A stretch of DNA of 64,000 nt from an uncultured Flavobacteriales bacterium (GCA_913020155.1 CAJWBA010000006.1:5015-69014), one strand, 5' to 3'. Positions 40,790 to 51,090 are shown, counted from the first letter of the stretch. Numbers and translations: made by a program. The notes: generated by a model not told the origin, from the letters alone.

Positions 40790-41329
40790 TTGGAATATTA
40801 CAATTACATAAAATCCCTCCACCTAATTTTTGTCTTTACCTGGTTTGCGGGCTTATTTTATTTGCCACGAATTTTTATCTATCATATTGAAGCACAGTTC
40901 AAATCAGAATTTGAATCTGCTGTACTTAGTAAACAGTTGAAGCTGATGGCTAGACGTCTGTGGTACATAATTACATGGCCTTCGGCTATTTTAGCTAGTT
41001 TTTTTGCCTTTGCTTTATTGTATCTAATGCCGAGTTGGTTGGATCAAGACTGGATGTTGATCAAATTATTTTTTGTGGCACTTTTATATTTGTATCACCT
41101 TAAAACACATCAAATCTTCAGAGAATTGCAACAAGATCAATTCCGACACACTTCTTTTTTTATGAGGATTTGGAATGAGGGAGCCACGCTTATTTTGTTT
41201 TCAGTTGTTTTTTTAGTAGTATTAAAAAGCAGTTTTCACTGGATTTTTGGAATACTCTCCATTGTTGGTTTAGCAATATTATTGATGCTCGGTATTAGAA
41301 TTTACAAAAATTTTAGAAATGAAAAATAG
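40790..41329 (+). CDS. hemJ: Protoporphyrinogen oxidase HemJ (CopD/UPF0093 family)
   Basis: KSLHLIFVFTWFAGLFYLPR, IITWPS, RIWNE; probable TTG start giving MEYYNY. Confidence 0.88.
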   Translation: MEYYNYIKSLHLIFVFTWFAGLFYLPRIFIYHIEAQFKSEFESAVLSKQLKLMARRLWYIITWPSAILASFFAFALLYLMPSWLDQDWMLIKLFFVALLYLYHLKTHQIFRELQQDQFRHTSFFMRIWNEGATLILFSVVFLVVLKSSFHWIFGILSIVGLAILLMLGIRIYKNFRNEK

Positions 41330-41331
41330 CA

Positions 41332-42786
41332 ATGGCAAAAGGTAAATTTTCCCTTAGATCACGTGTATTTTTCTCCATGATTTTATTGGTTGTCATGACC
41401 TCTTTACTTATATTGGGAGCTACTTTTTTTCAATATTATTCACAATCTGATGATTACAACTTAAGACGCTCAGAACGAAAGGAATCTCAAGTAAAAAACC
41501 ATCTTTTTTATATCCTAGACCGAGATAATGCCTTTGATTTAAGCAAGAAAAAACAATCAAGGTTGTATAATATTTTAGAATCGATTTCATTAATCCATAA
41601 GGTTGAGTACGCCTTGTATTCTCTGGATGGGATCCCATACTTTTATTCTTATGTGGAGCTTGGAAGTCTTGACCAAAGTCAAGTACTGGATTCTGATATT
41701 ACTAAAGAACTTCTGGAAAGTAAACGCAAACGAATTACAATTCAAAATGAAAAAGAAAGAGGGAAATTTCAGTATTCTTATAGTATTCTTTTCAATAAAT
41801 CTAATGAACCATATGGGATCTTATATTTCCCATATTTTGAAGATGTATCTTTTAGTTCCAATGAACTAAATACTTTTTTAATAAGACTTTTTCAGATTTA
41901 TTTCTTTATGCTATTGGTTGCAATCATAATAGCCTATTTTATTTCAAGCTACATGACTCGTCCTTTAGAAACTATTCGTGCAAGAATCGACCAAACTGGA
42001 TTGTTGAAAGGGAACGAAAAAATTTACATTTCCAATGCAAGTAAAGAGGTAGACAGCTTGGTAAATTCATACAATAGTATGTTGGATGCTTTAGAAGAAA
42101 GCATAGCTAAGCTGGCTCGATCTGAACGAGAACAAGCTTGGCAAGAAATGGCAAAGCAAGTTGCTCACGAAATTAAAAACCCGCTTACTCCAATGCGTTT
42201 GTCAATCCAAAGTTTTCAGCAACGTTTTGACCCAGGTGATCCTAAAATCAATCAAAAGGTAATGGATTTTTCTAAAATCATGATTGAACAAATAGATACT
42301 ATGAGTGAGGTCGCAACTGCTTTTTCGGATTTTGCTACCCTACCGGAGCTAAGAATTGAAACAGTTGATGTTGTCGAGATTACATCTTTGTCGATTGATA
42401 TTTTTGAACTAGGTGTAATTCAGTTTACCTGTTCAGAAAAGGAAATTTTTTGGGACATTGATAGAACACAATGGATTAGAATTATGACGAATTTACTTCA
42501 AAATGCAATTGAGTCCGTTCCACTGGGAAGAAAACCCTTGATTCAAGTCAGAATACAAAGTGAAGCTTCAGGGCTTCGAATAGAAATAGAAGACAATGGT
42601 TCGGGTATTTCTGCACAAAACATAGATCAAGTTTTTGAACCCAAATTTACAACTAAAACTGGGGGAATGGGGCTAGGTTTGGCAATTGTTAAAAACAGTA
42701 TTGACTCTCTAAACGGATCTATAACCTACAAAAGTCAAGAGGATAAAGGAACTACATTTATCATCCAATTAAAAAAAGAAGCATGA
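41332..42786 (+). CDS. Membrane sensor histidine kinase (HAMP, NtrY-like)
   Basis: AWQEMAKQVAHEIKNPLTP H-box, NLLQNA, DNGSG, GMGLGL; two TM helices. Confidence 0.92.
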   Translation: MAKGKFSLRSRVFFSMILLVVMTSLLILGATFFQYYSQSDDYNLRRSERKESQVKNHLFYILDRDNAFDLSKKKQSRLYNILESISLIHKVEYALYSLDGIPYFYSYVELGSLDQSQVLDSDITKELLESKRKRITIQNEKERGKFQYSYSILFNKSNEPYGILYFPYFEDVSFSSNELNTFLIRLFQIYFFMLLVAIIIAYFISSYMTRPLETIRARIDQTGLLKGNEKIYISNASKEVDSLVNSYNSMLDALEESIAKLARSEREQAWQEMAKQVAHEIKNPLTPMRLSIQSFQQRFDPGDPKINQKVMDFSKIMIEQIDTMSEVATAFSDFATLPELRIETVDVVEITSLSIDIFELGVIQFTCSEKEIFWDIDRTQWIRIMTNLLQNAIESVPLGRKPLIQVRIQSEASGLRIEIEDNGSGISAQNIDQVFEPKFTTKTGGMGLGLAIVKNSIDSLNGSITYKSQEDKGTTFIIQLKKEA

Positions 42787-43565
42787 ATACAGCAAACCTT
42801 AAGCTAAGAAAACAAGATCAAGTAGCATGGATTCAAATTGATCGCCTTACAAAGCTTAATGCGATCAATAAAGAAGTTTTGGAAGAACTTCATCAAGTTT
42901 TTCTTGACCTTCAGCAGGACAATTCAATTCGTGTAATTGTGATAACAGGAAGTGGTGAAAAAGCCTTTGTTGCTGGAGCAGATATTGCTGAGTTTTCAGA
43001 ATTTACTCCTAGTCAGGGAAAAGAACTTTCTCAAAGTGGTCAAGATAAAGTATTTACGTTAATAGAGCAGATTAACAAACCTGTAATTGCGGCAATCAAC
43101 GGTTTTGCTTTAGGGGGAGGGCTTGAATTGGCACTGTCTTGCCAAATTCGAATAGCTTCAACTAATGCACGGATGGGTTTACCAGAAACTTCTTTAGGTG
43201 TAATACCCGGTTATGGGGGAACTCAGCGCTTGGCTCAGATTATTGGAAAGGGTAGAGCAATGGAATTAATTTTAAGTTGTAAAATGATTAATGCTCAGGA
43301 AGCCTTGTCTTTTGGATTGGTTTCTCAAGTTGTACCTCAAGAAGATTTATTATCTGCAGCATCTGAGTTGGCACAAAAAATATTAAAGAATTCACCTTTT
43401 GCAATTGGTCAAGCAATTAAATCAGTTAATGCAGCATACGATGAACATCAAAATGGATTTGAAGTTGAGATAAATGCATTTGGAGCCTGTTTTGGATCAG
43501 AAGATTTTAAGGAAGGCACACAGGCTTTTTTGGAAAAAAGAAAGGCTAATTTCAGCGGAAATTAA
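42783..43565 (+). CDS. Enoyl-CoA hydratase/isomerase
   Basis: AFVAGADI, GFALGGGLELAL, PETSLGVIPGYGGTQRL. Confidence 0.93.
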   Translation: MNTANLKLRKQDQVAWIQIDRLTKLNAINKEVLEELHQVFLDLQQDNSIRVIVITGSGEKAFVAGADIAEFSEFTPSQGKELSQSGQDKVFTLIEQINKPVIAAINGFALGGGLELALSCQIRIASTNARMGLPETSLGVIPGYGGTQRLAQIIGKGRAMELILSCKMINAQEALSFGLVSQVVPQEDLLSAASELAQKILKNSPFAIGQAIKSVNAAYDEHQNGFEVEINAFGACFGSEDFKEGTQAFLEKRKANFSGN

Positions 43566-44299
43566 TCAAGAACAACTGCATCTGTTATTGTTTTTTCGAT
43601 CGAATTAAAAAAGTCTTTGGAGAGATCAACAGGTGGTTCAACGGGTTGATGAACATCAAATGTCATTTTGATCCCCAAAGGGAGCGGGAAGTTACCCCAA
43701 CGATTAAATTTCCATGAATTGTTGATTGTGATTGGAACAACAACAACATTTGGCATTTTTTCAATTAATGTTTGTACACCTCTACTTTTGAATTTTTTTG
43801 GAATCCCTGTTTTTGATCGTGTACCCTCAGGGAAAATAAGAGTGGACCAATTGTTTTTACTCAAAAGTTGTGCGTGCCGATTAATTTCATCAACCGCTTG
43901 TCTGTGGTTTTTTCTATCGATCAAAGCAGAACCACCGTTGCGAAGATTATAAGAAACACTGGGAATCCCTTTTCCTAGTTCTTTTTTACTAACAAATTTT
44001 AAGTGATGTTTTCTTAGATACCATATTAATGGTGGAATATCAAAGGTGTTTTGATGATTTGCAACAATGATAAGGGGGCGATTTATGGGTAAATCCAAAG
44101 GATTATTAAAATGAATTCGAGTTCCCAGAATGTTAAGACATCTCAACAAGAAAAAGTTGAGAATGTCCACAGAAACTTTGTGGGCTTGAAAACCTAGAAG
44201 AGTTCGTGTAACTATTTGAATTCCATGAAAAACAAACAAAAGCAAACCAAAGCACAGATAAAAAAAAGACGAGAAAAGAATTGCGATGATTTTGTACAT
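43562..44299 (-). CDS. 1-acyl-sn-glycerol-3-phosphate acyltransferase family (PlsC-like)
   Basis: NHQNTFD (HX4D) and IFPEGTRS. Confidence 0.9.
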   Translation of the reverse strand: MYKIIAILFSSFFYLCFGLLLFVFHGIQIVTRTLLGFQAHKVSVDILNFFLLRCLNILGTRIHFNNPLDLPINRPLIIVANHQNTFDIPPLIWYLRKHHLKFVSKKELGKGIPSVSYNLRNGGSALIDRKNHRQAVDEINRHAQLLSKNNWSTLIFPEGTRSKTGIPKKFKSRGVQTLIEKMPNVVVVPITINNSWKFNRWGNFPLPLGIKMTFDVHQPVEPPVDLSKDFFNSIEKTITDAVVLD

Positions 44300-44341
44300 T
44301 AAAATTGAGTTTCTCGAAAATTAACTGAATGAGTTTAAAAA

Positions 44342-44752
44342 TCAACAGAATTCATCATAGGCTTGTTTCAGGTTTTCAGAGATCATTTCAGCTGGCCTAC
44401 CTTCTATGTGATGCCGTTCGAGCATGTGAACCAATTCACCATTTTTGAACAAAGCCATACTTGGTGATGATGGAGGGAAAGGTACCATTAGAGAACGAGC
44501 ATGATCTGTAGCCTCAAAATCAACACCTGCAAAAACGGTTACCAAGTTACTTGGTTTTTTTTTGTTTTCTAAAGAAAAACGAACCCCAGGTCTAGCATTT
44601 GCAGCGGCACATCCACAAACAGAATTTACTACAACTAATGTTGTTCCTTTTGCGTTTATTGCCTCATCAACTTGACTTACTGCGTTTAATTGTTTGAATC
44701 CTGCTGCGGTTAATTCATCTCGCATAGGTTGTACAAATTCTGCTGGATACAT
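44342..44752 (-). CDS. BrxA/BrxB-family bacilliredoxin (YphP/YqiW)
   Basis: VVNSVCGCAAANARP (CGC motif), TVFAGVD, PPSSPSMALFK; start MYPAEFV. Confidence 0.9.
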   Translation of the reverse strand: MYPAEFVQPMRDELTAAGFKQLNAVSQVDEAINAKGTTLVVVNSVCGCAAANARPGVRFSLENKKKPSNLVTVFAGVDFEATDHARSLMVPFPPSSPSMALFKNGELVHMLERHHIEGRPAEMISENLKQAYDEFC

Positions 44753-44871
44753 ATTCTGACTTTTAAATTTTCCACAAAGATAAAAAGTTTCTATCATTTT
44801 ACCGCATTTTAAGGGAATGTTCACTTTATTTTTTAAACTTAAAACTATATTTGTTGAAATTTTTTTGATTA

Positions 44872-45600
44872 ATGATAAAATGGATTGGCGCTGTTTTGGG
44901 GTATACTTATTTACGCTTTGGAGGAGCTGTTTTAGGGTATTTTGCAGGTAGCATGATTGAAGGGTTGATGAAGCGATCCTTTAGGACTTCTTTCAAGACA
45001 TCAAGTTATCGAACCATGGGATCAAATCAATTTGAGTTGAACTTATTGGCACTTGCGGCCATGGTAATCAAAGCTGATAAAAAGGTTGAAGAAAAAGAAT
45101 TGCGATTTGTACGAAATTATTTTATTGCAAATTATGGGGTAGATTATGCTGCAACTATTTTTTCAAGATTTAATACAGAAATTAAAAAAGAGGTTCAAGA
45201 TCTTTCAAAAACTGCTCGTTTATTTGTAACAAGTACTCCTTACAATACACGCTTACAAATTGTTCATTTTCTGTTTGGAATTGCCAATGCCGATGGAAGT
45301 GTATCTCAGTTAGAAATAAATAAAATAGAACAAATTGCTTCTGCTCTTGGCGTCAGAAGAATAGATATTGAAAGTGTAAAAGCCATGTTTATTCAACAAG
45401 CAGGAAATGCCTACAAAATTTTAGAAATAGACTCAAATGCTACTGATGTTGAGGTCAAAAAGGCTTATCGCAACATGGCAAAAAAGCATCATCCTGACAA
45501 GCTCAACACAGCAGATCAGGCACTTAAGAAAGGAGCACAAGAAAAATTTCAACAGGTTCAAGCGGCTTATGAAAAAATTCAAAAAGAACGCGGACTTTAA
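44872..45600 (+). CDS. DjlA-like protein: TM anchor, TerB-like domain and C-terminal J domain
   Basis: N-terminal Gly-rich TM segment, IKADKKV and ANADG motifs, J-domain HPDK; TATATTTG -7 element at 44846-44853. Confidence 0.88.
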   Translation: MIKWIGAVLGYTYLRFGGAVLGYFAGSMIEGLMKRSFRTSFKTSSYRTMGSNQFELNLLALAAMVIKADKKVEEKELRFVRNYFIANYGVDYAATIFSRFNTEIKKEVQDLSKTARLFVTSTPYNTRLQIVHFLFGIANADGSVSQLEINKIEQIASALGVRRIDIESVKAMFIQQAGNAYKILEIDSNATDVEVKKAYRNMAKKHHPDKLNTADQALKKGAQEKFQQVQAAYEKIQKERGL

Positions 45601-45612
45601 AAGTATCTTTAT

Positions 45613-46185
45613 ATGGAAACAATTTTGTTTTATGCAAAACTCGGATTCAACCATGTATTGGATTTTCAAGCTTTGGATCATTTTTATTTTATTATTGCAC
45701 TATGTCTCTCTTTTAGTTTCAATGATTTTAAAAAACTCTTGTGGTGGGTTTCCCTTTTTACATTAGGTCATACCCTTTCTCTTTTTGGAAATTATTATTT
45801 TGAAATAATACTTTCAGCTGTGTGGATTGAATTTTTAATTCCATTGACCATTGCTCTAAGTTGCATTCTATTAATAATCAATAAAACATCTAATTTTAAA
45901 ATCTTATTTCCATCTTTGGTAACCCTCATTTTTGGACTCATTCATGGTTTGGGATTTGGACGTTATTTTTCGCTGATTGTTTCAAAAGACGAAGCATTGA
46001 TTGAATTACTTTCCTTTGCTTTGGGTTTAGAGGCTATTCAGGTTTGTATCGTGTTGGGTTTATTGTTGGTTAATTTTTTAGTTACGAGAATTTTAAAAAT
46101 TCCAAGTTCGAAGTGGAGGTTGGTTGTTGGTGCAATGATACTCTCGCAAGCTTTGACAATGATGATAAAATCTAGCCCATTTTAG
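45613..46185 (+). CDS. HupE/UreJ-family membrane protein
   Basis: GFNHVLD..DHFYF, FTLGHTLSL, FGLIHGLGF. Confidence 0.87.
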   Translation: METILFYAKLGFNHVLDFQALDHFYFIIALCLSFSFNDFKKLLWWVSLFTLGHTLSLFGNYYFEIILSAVWIEFLIPLTIALSCILLIINKTSNFKILFPSLVTLIFGLIHGLGFGRYFSLIVSKDEALIELLSFALGLEAIQVCIVLGLLLVNFLVTRILKIPSSKWRLVVGAMILSQALTMMIKSSPF

Positions 46186-46263
46186 TCATTTGCTAAAATG
46201 ATTCTCTGGCAGCTGGGTAAAAGATAAGTTTGTATCTTCTTCGGCATTAAAAAACTATATTTC

Positions 46264-47487
46264 ATGAAACTATTAGTGTCTTCTATTAAACTTCCTAACG
46301 GAACTATTTTACAAAATAGAATTGCAAAATCAGCGATGAGTGAGAATATGGGGACGCTACAAAATGCACCTACTAGAAATCTAATAAAAGCATATGAAGT
46401 TTGGTCAAAAGGTGGATCCGGATTACTCATTACAGGAAATGTAATGATCGATTCTAGAGCTTTGGGAGAACCTCGAAATGTAGTTGTTGAAGACAGATCA
46501 AATTTTAAATTATTGCAAGATTGGGCAAAGTCTTGTGAAGGAACAGGCACTCATATTTGGCCACAATTGAATCATCCAGGACGTCAAGCTTTTGCAGCAA
46601 TTAACCGAAAGGTCGTTGCTCCATCTGCCGTTTCTTTAAAAATGGGAGCTGCTTCTGGGATGTTCAAAAAACCAACCCCATTGAGCGAAGATGCCATATG
46701 GGACATAATCATACGCTTTGGTAATACAGCTAAAATAATGCAAGATGCAGGTTTTACAGGCTGTCAAATTCACGGTGCACACGGTTATTTAGTTAGTCAA
46801 TTTTTATCCCCTCTGAGCAATACAAGGAAAGATAAATGGGGTGGAACTCTAGAAAATCGCATGCGTTTTGTAATTGAGATTTACCGAGAAATAAGGGCTC
46901 AAGTGGGAAAAGAGTACCCCATTGGGATTAAAATTAATTCCGCAGATTTTCAGCGTGGTGGTTTTACAGAAGAAGAGTCTATGGAAGTGATCCGCATTTT
47001 GTCTAAAGAGGGAATCGATATGCTTGAAATTTCTGGAGGAACCTACGAAAAACCAGCTATGGTAGGGTATAAACAAAAAAAAACCACCCAAGAACGTGAG
47101 GCATATTTTTTAGATTATATTGAGAAAGCAAGAAAAATAACAACCAAACCCTTAATGCTTACCGGAGGTTTTCGAACGGTAACCGTTATGGAAAAAGCAT
47201 TGGTCGATGGTAATTTAGATATTGTCGGATTGGCTAGACCCTTTTGTTTGTATCCTGAATTAGCTCAAGATATTTTTTCAAAAAAGATAGAAGGTTTCGT
47301 AACTCCCCTTCCAACATTAGGAATTAAAATAATTGACAAAATGGGAGGTATTGAATTATCTTGGTATGAATTACAAATCCATAGACTTGGAAAAGGGAAA
47401 AGACCCAAAAAACAAATGAGTGGATTATTAGCTTTTTGGTTCAATATAAAAAGTATGTTTCTTAAATCGTTCATCAAAAATAACTAA
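46264..47487 (+). CDS. NADH:flavin oxidoreductase / old yellow enzyme family
   Basis: NRIAKSAMSE, QLNHPGRQ, IHGAHGYLVSQFLSP, LMLTGGFR, GLARP. Confidence 0.92.
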   Translation: MKLLVSSIKLPNGTILQNRIAKSAMSENMGTLQNAPTRNLIKAYEVWSKGGSGLLITGNVMIDSRALGEPRNVVVEDRSNFKLLQDWAKSCEGTGTHIWPQLNHPGRQAFAAINRKVVAPSAVSLKMGAASGMFKKPTPLSEDAIWDIIIRFGNTAKIMQDAGFTGCQIHGAHGYLVSQFLSPLSNTRKDKWGGTLENRMRFVIEIYREIRAQVGKEYPIGIKINSADFQRGGFTEEESMEVIRILSKEGIDMLEISGGTYEKPAMVGYKQKKTTQEREAYFLDYIEKARKITTKPLMLTGGFRTVTVMEKALVDGNLDIVGLARPFCLYPELAQDIFSKKIEGFVTPLPTLGIKIIDKMGGIELSWYELQIHRLGKGKRPKKQMSGLLAFWFNIKSMFLKSFIKNN

Positions 47488-47564
47488 AAGACTCTGTTTT
47501 TTGGAATTTAAATAAGGCTTAATGATTTTTTAATAGCATTATATTTCAAGTATATTAGCAAAGA

Positions 47565-47978
47565 ATGGATAAACAAATAAAATACGATCGGGCCTATTTA
47601 AAAATGGCCGAAATCTGGGGACAACTTTCATATTGTGAACGTAAAAAAGTTGGCGCTTTGATTGTTAAAGACCGTATGATAATTTCGGATGGATACAATG
47701 GCACCCCTTCAGGTTTTGAGAATGTTTGTGAGGACGACAATCATTACACGAAATGGTATGTTCTTCATGCTGAAGCCAATGCTATACTAAAAGTAGCTGC
47801 ATCAACCCAGTCGTGTAATGGAGCTACACTTTACATAACCTTATCTCCATGTAAAGAATGTTCAAAATTAATTCATCAAGCAGGTATCAAACGAGTAGTC
47901 TATGCCACAGCATATAAAGATACTTCTGGATTGAACTTTTTAGAAAAAGCAGGAATTAAATTGTCCCATCTTCCATAA
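47565..47978 (+). CDS. dCMP deaminase (ComEB family)
   Basis: GYNGTP, HAEANA and SPCKEC zinc motifs. Confidence 0.93.
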   Translation: MDKQIKYDRAYLKMAEIWGQLSYCERKKVGALIVKDRMIISDGYNGTPSGFENVCEDDNHYTKWYVLHAEANAILKVAASTQSCNGATLYITLSPCKECSKLIHQAGIKRVVYATAYKDTSGLNFLEKAGIKLSHLP

Positions 47979-47990
47979 TACCCCTCCTCT

Positions 47991-49577
47991 ATGAAAAACA
48001 ACAACCTACATCTTTTGGTAATAGTATTTCTTTCTCTTTTTTTAGGTTTTACCATAGGGAGTAATCAACAACTGATTTTTAACGCTACAAGTTTTGAAAT
48101 TAGCAGCAGCCAAAAATTAAAACGATTCATCCAATTTATCGAGACAAACTATGTTGATGAAATCGATATAGACAGCTTGGTAAATACAATAATTGATAAT
48201 TCAATCAGTCAACTGGATCCACATTCAGTTTATATTCCTAAGGAAGAAATGCAAAAGATCAGTGAGGAGATGCAAGGAGCTTTTGTTGGCATTGGGGTTA
48301 GTTTTTTCATGGAGCAAGACACCGTAAGTGTAGTACGAGTTTTGGAGAAAGGCCCCAGTAAAGCTGTTGGGATTCTTCCAGGAGATCGAATTTTAATTGT
48401 AGATCAAGACACCTTATTTGGAAAAAACAGAAGCAGTGCATCAATCATAAAAATATTAAAAGGAAAACCAAAAACGGTAGTTCAGTTAAAAATTTACAGA
48501 AAGCAGACAAAAGAATACCTAAACTTTGATGTAGAAAGAGGAGAAGTTCCAATCCCATCGGTTTATGGATATCTCTTGACAGATGGAGTTGGTTACATTC
48601 AACTTAATAGATTTGCTGAGACCTCTGGTATAGAGTTTAGAAAAACATTAAGTAAATTAAAACTAAAAGGAGCAAAAAAACTGGTTCTCGATCTTAGAGA
48701 CAACCCAGGCGGGTACTTGCATGTTGCAAAAGAAATATCTGATTCCTTTCTTTCTAAAGGCAAAACAATTATTATTACACAAAGTAATCAAGGAAAGAGA
48801 GAATCTTCTCTAGCTACCGAAGGAGGTCTTTTTGAAGAAGGGCAGGTTTATGTGTTGATAAATGATCAGTCTGCCTCAGCCAGTGAAGTAGTTGCTGGAG
48901 CATTGCAAGACAATGATAGGGCACGGATTGTTGGACGCCGCTCTTTTGGCAAAGGTTTGGTTCAACAACAGATACCTTTAGGTTCTGGAGACGCTATTCG
49001 GTTGACAACAGCACGATATTACACACCAACAGGACGCTCCATTCAACGGCCCTTTAACGATGGGAAAGAAGCCTATTATGACGAAATAGATAAACGACAC
49101 GAAACCGGGGAAATTCAAACCAGAGACAGCTTACCAATAAACGACTCTTTGAAATTCACAACCCCAAAAGGAAGAGTGGTCTATGGAGGAGGAGGGATAA
49201 TTCCCGATGAGTATGTCCCAGGGACATTAAATTTAGATCAAGAGTGGGATAATTACATTATTCGTTCGAATCTTGTGAACCACTTTGTTTTTTTGGAGTT
49301 GGATAAAAACCGTTTATATTACAATTTTAAATCGAAAAAAGATTTAATTCAAAAGCCCATCTCCAACAAAAAACTCCTTCTAGAAAATTTGGAGATTTAT
49401 TTTGAGCAACAAGGGGTTCCAGTTAATATGAAAAACGAAAGTTTGATTTTAAACTCGATTAAGTCATATATGGCATTACAACTTTTCAATCAAGAAGCTT
49501 TTTTGGAGATTGTTCATAGCCAAGATGAGTTCATTGCTAAGACAAAAGAACTATTAAAACAAAAACCTTTAGATTAA
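47991..49577 (+). CDS. S41-family carboxy-terminal processing protease with PDZ domain
   Basis: LDPHSVY, DLRDNPGG, SASASE, SFGKG, RYYTPTGRSIQ. Confidence 0.93.
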   Translation: MKNNNLHLLVIVFLSLFLGFTIGSNQQLIFNATSFEISSSQKLKRFIQFIETNYVDEIDIDSLVNTIIDNSISQLDPHSVYIPKEEMQKISEEMQGAFVGIGVSFFMEQDTVSVVRVLEKGPSKAVGILPGDRILIVDQDTLFGKNRSSASIIKILKGKPKTVVQLKIYRKQTKEYLNFDVERGEVPIPSVYGYLLTDGVGYIQLNRFAETSGIEFRKTLSKLKLKGAKKLVLDLRDNPGGYLHVAKEISDSFLSKGKTIIITQSNQGKRESSLATEGGLFEEGQVYVLINDQSASASEVVAGALQDNDRARIVGRRSFGKGLVQQQIPLGSGDAIRLTTARYYTPTGRSIQRPFNDGKEAYYDEIDKRHETGEIQTRDSLPINDSLKFTTPKGRVVYGGGGIIPDEYVPGTLNLDQEWDNYIIRSNLVNHFVFLELDKNRLYYNFKSKKDLIQKPISNKKLLLENLEIYFEQQGVPVNMKNESLILNSIKSYMALQLFNQEAFLEIVHSQDEFIAKTKELLKQKPLD

Positions 49578-49579
49578 GG

Positions 49580-49780
49580 CTATTTTTTGTTGACCTTAGC
49601 TGCTATTTTTTTAGATAATAATAAAATTAATAAAAGTAAAAAAGCACAAGCGGAAGCCATAACTCCTATCAAAGCTATGCTGCTGTCTCCTTTTAGTGGT
49701 GCTTCAAAATCTATTTTAGTAGTATTAAAAACAGCCATTCCAAGAGCTAAAACCATCATTACTTGAATAAAAATCTTCAT
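49580..49780 (-). CDS. Small two-TM hypothetical membrane protein (66 aa)
   Basis: Clean ORF with two hydrophobic helices filling the intergenic gap; TAAATTTG upstream on the minus strand. Confidence 0.7.
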   Translation of the reverse strand: MKIFIQVMMVLALGMAVFNTTKIDFEAPLKGDSSIALIGVMASACAFLLLLILLLSKKIAAKVNKK

Positions 49781-49860
49781 AATAAGTTAGAGTTAAAAAA
49801 TTTAAAGATTGTAAACAAACAAATTTAGCAATATAAAGGATAAATGAAAAGTGAATTGCA

Positions 49861-50433
49861 TTAAATGATTTGACTTATGTTAGTGGTGAATAGCTTTACT
49901 GAAATAGCCAATAGAATTACTCCAAAAATTTTGCGAATGATACTGATTCCATAAGGCCCTAAAATAGATTCTATTCTTTTTGAAGATTTTAAAATAACAT
50001 AAACGATGACAATGTTAACAACAATTGCAATAATGATATTGATGACCTCAAATTCAGCTCGAAGAGAAAGTAAAGAGGTCATTGTTCCTGCACCAGCAAT
50101 CATTGGAAAAGCTAAAGGTACAATTGACGCTGTTTCTGGAGCATCATCCTTGTAGAGGTTAATTCCAAGAACCATTTCAATTGCCATAAAAAATATGATA
50201 AATGCACCAGCAACTGCAAAGGAATTGATGTCGATGCCGATGAGGTTCAAAATTTCTTCGCCCAAAAATAAAAATCCAATCATTATTATACAAGAAACAA
50301 TTGAGGCTTTACCGGATTGGATGTGACCCACTTTTTTCCGAAGAGATATGATAATAGGAATGTTTCCAATGATATCAATCACTGCAAAAAGAATCATTCC
50401 TGCAGTAAAAATTTCTTTAGCGTTAATGCTCAT
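49861..50433 (-). CDS. MarC-family membrane protein
   Basis: LFAVIDIIGNIP, SFAVAGA, IVPLAFPMIAGAG. Confidence 0.9.
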   Translation of the reverse strand: MSINAKEIFTAGMILFAVIDIIGNIPIIISLRKKVGHIQSGKASIVSCIIMIGFLFLGEEILNLIGIDINSFAVAGAFIIFFMAIEMVLGINLYKDDAPETASIVPLAFPMIAGAGTMTSLLSLRAEFEVINIIIAIVVNIVIVYVILKSSKRIESILGPYGISIIRKIFGVILLAISVKLFTTNISQII

Positions 50434-50520
50434 TTTTTTTTTGCGAAATTACTTTTTTTATTTATTATTTTTAGGTTTTAACAAGCTTCTTTTTGGTAAT
50501 AACCGTTGTATCTTTGAACG

Positions 50521-51090
50521 ATGCTACAAATAGGTAAAACATTGGTCTCTGAAGACTTATTGGATTGTGATTTTGTGTGTAATATCTCTCAATGCAAAGG
50601 AGCTTGTTGTGTCCATGGTGAGGCGGGCGCACCTTTAGAAAAAAAAGAACTTCAAATTCTTGAAGATAATTTTGATGCGATAGAACCTTACTTAAATTCA
50701 AAAGGAAAAGCAGCAATAAAAGATCAAGGAAAATTCATTGAACGTTTTCAAGGAGAATGGGAAACCCCTCTAGTAAATGGTGAAGAGTGTGCTTACACTG
50801 TTTTTACAGATCAAGGAGTTGCACAATGTGGGATTGAAAATGCACATAAAGATGGAAAGCTGGATTGGAAAAAACCAGCATCCTGTCATTTGTATCCTGT
50901 AAGAGTTCAAAAATACGACGAGTTCAGTGCAGTTAATTACCATCAATGGCAAATTTGTGAGACAGCATGTTCTTTGGGTGCTCAGCTGAAAGTTCCGATT
51001 TATAAATTTGTCAAAGAAGCACTCATTAGAAAATTTGGAAAAGATTGGTACGATGAATTGGATCGAGTTGCTCAAAATCACTTTTCTTGA
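50521..51090 (+). CDS. DUF3109-family Cys-rich protein
   Basis: FVCNISQCKGACCVHGEAGAPL, KPASCHLYPVR, LIRKFG..WY. Confidence 0.87.
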   Translation: MLQIGKTLVSEDLLDCDFVCNISQCKGACCVHGEAGAPLEKKELQILEDNFDAIEPYLNSKGKAAIKDQGKFIERFQGEWETPLVNGEECAYTVFTDQGVAQCGIENAHKDGKLDWKKPASCHLYPVRVQKYDEFSAVNYHQWQICETACSLGAQLKVPIYKFVKEALIRKFGKDWYDELDRVAQNHFS

